DNA of 64,000 nt from Fimbriosthenelais zetlandica (lineage: Eukaryota). Numbering within the stretch: the first letter of the stretch is position 1; every line of letters begins with the position of its first letter. The stretch is taken from the NCBI GenBank assembly GCA_977030845.1, contig OZ365114.1:22568001-22632000 (forward strand), written 5' to 3'. Under the pieces are notes generated by a model that made no database searches, had not been told where the DNA came from, and saw only the letters and a program-made list of their open reading frames with translations. Both the position numbers and the translations under genes were made by a program. Below, piece after piece: positions 61,986 through 64,000 of this stretch.

Positions 61986-64000
61986 GGCCCTATGTACAGA
62001 AAAGTAAGTGTGCTACGCAAGATGTTGTCAGATATCCTCTTGATTCATGGCCTCCAAATAACCCTCAACCCCGAATTCAACTTCTGACAGTGCTCCAGAT
62101 CCCGTCCTTAAGGGATTTTTTTTATGCCTACATACTCCGAACATGCCAGCAAATAGATAAGAAAATGGTGTGATTTTTCACAGAGGAACTCTGTCATCTT
62201 GTTCAGAAGTGGCATGCTAGCTAGACGATGTCCTATCTTTATCAAAGTAGCTTTTGGGGAAATCATACAGGGGATTTATGGTCAATACTAGTTAACAACT
62301 GCTATTCCCATGGTACAAACAATGTTCGCTGAGGCAGTCAACACCGATAGAGAAAGCAGGGTCGTTATGCATGCCACTTCGTGAAGCAGTAGATGTAGAT
62401 TACCCCTGATCATGCTTGGCAGCAGGGGGTAACCTTATCGGAGAATGGCTCTGAGGATTTGGCAAAGTGTCTGCCCCGTCCATCCCCCACCAGAGAAATA
62501 CAATTATGGAGGATTATGTTCGTCAGAGTCAGCCCTGCTTGGGCAAGGGGCTCCACAACAAATAAAGACTCAACAAGAGGTAGAATACATGAGGCATGAT
62601 CCAGGGGGAGGGGCTGATCCGGACAATGATGTATGAACCTAAAGTCCTACCCTGGCAGGATAAAGCCGGCAGAGATTGTCGTATACAGTTTAAGGTTGCC
62701 TAGATTATCACCCTCAACTGCACCTTTTATTTTCACACAGAACAGTAACTCTGATTCAAGTCAAACATGAACCAAAAAGACCAGAGGAAAGCTTGCGTTA
62801 CCCGCTGATGAAATTACAGGCTTCTCGGTCTGCACTCTAGACGGCAAGTCAAAGCTGGTTCAGGCACCCATGTCTTATTGCTGCTAGCCTCATTTCTCGA
62901 GTACCACTAACATCTGAAGCAGGCATGCAGATGTGGCCCAGGACCTGTGAAACAGTATTCACCTGATTTGTGCAAAAGTGTCGAGACTAGGGCAAATACA
63001 TTGTGCCAATGGGCACCTACGGACATGTATGAGGCCATTTTGATTACATGTTAACTCCCACAAGGGCATTCGCAGCCCTGCAGGCAATCTAACATAGCAG
63101 ACTATGGAGGATGCCAAGTCTGTGCCGGAACGTCACCTTATTTAGAAGAACGTCTGAATAGTGAAGTATATTCCTCTGAAGGAGCAAGGAGAGGAGTTAT
63201 ATTTATTAGATGAAACCAACCCCCAAAAGGGGAGAATATATGGAGAACATGATTATAATATTTATTTTCTATTAGATACCGCCACACTGCGACACGAAAT
63301 TGGGATATTTAATTAAATTTGGAGGGCAGATATGAAATAAATCCAAAGGTTTCTGGTTTTAAATACAGCTCCCTATTTCCCGGTTACTCACTTGAGTATT
63401 GCTACGCCCTCACCCTTGTTGGGGAGAATGAACGGCCGTATTCAAAACCACGGGTATGGTGGCCTATATGGGTATGCATGTAGCCGCTGGTGTTCTAAGT
63501 TCCTGATATTTCAATTATATTCCCCAGGCCACCATATGTAATGAAGGTCTAAAGACCTATGCTACTGATTTTCCACCCATGCAGCAGTCTAAATAAGGCA
63601 AAACTGTTTGGGATGATTGCCATTGGCTGATGGATGCTGGACTGAACACTGATTCAGTGTCAGTTTACAGTAGCTTGTTTACAGAGTCAGGAGACGTGGA
63701 AAGCTGTCTGTCGCGAGCTTGTCGCCTCTCTGACAAGCAACATGCCATGATTCAGGCCTCCTCTGACATCCAGACATTGTGTACACGCTAATTTGTCCCT
63801 ATGTCTCACCCGTGATGGAGCTGATATCTAACGTCCCGGAGATGTATGATTATGAAGACTTTAGTAAAGGGGAATTATACACATATAGATTCCCCATATA
63901 TACAAAGCTTTCAGTGACAGCGCAAAGGAAAACACTTCTAAAGTACATACAAAGTTGTCAGCTTGTTAGGTTAATAATATGACAAGGTCTTTCATTCGGA

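Noticed and set aside
1-64000. CRISPR arrays, rRNA, intact tRNA, prokaryotic operons or defence systems
   Set aside because: None seen. The tandem repeats lack unique spacers and the DNA is eukaryotic and largely non-coding.

Overview
AT-rich animal genomic DNA (roughly 39% GC by eye), most likely from a lophotrochozoan such as an annelid or mollusc; the taxon is inferred from the receptor sequence only. One protein-coding gene is well supported: an intronless class A GPCR on the minus strand (10949-12205, 418 aa) of the somatostatin/allatostatin-C receptor family, with protostome AstC-R signatures. The other ~62 kb has no recognisable gene, rRNA, intact tRNA or CRISPR array, and the remaining listed ORFs are within chance length. 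It does contain decayed mobile DNA: a CR1/L2-type reverse transcriptase fragment, PIF/Harbinger-like and hAT-like MITE remnants, and tRNA-derived SINE-like heads. There are also short tandem duplications, G-quadruplex motifs, several strong palindromes or hairpins, and clusters of transcription-factor-like motifs. The most interesting unexplained signal is a set of plus-strand splice signals: four 5' splice-site hexamers beside the receptor's 5' end, then well-bounded non-coding exon candidates at 15.0, 25.7 and 37.9 kb. These may belong to an unannotated spliced transcript running head-to-head with the receptor. This is a hypothesis; no novel system can be established from the sequence alone.
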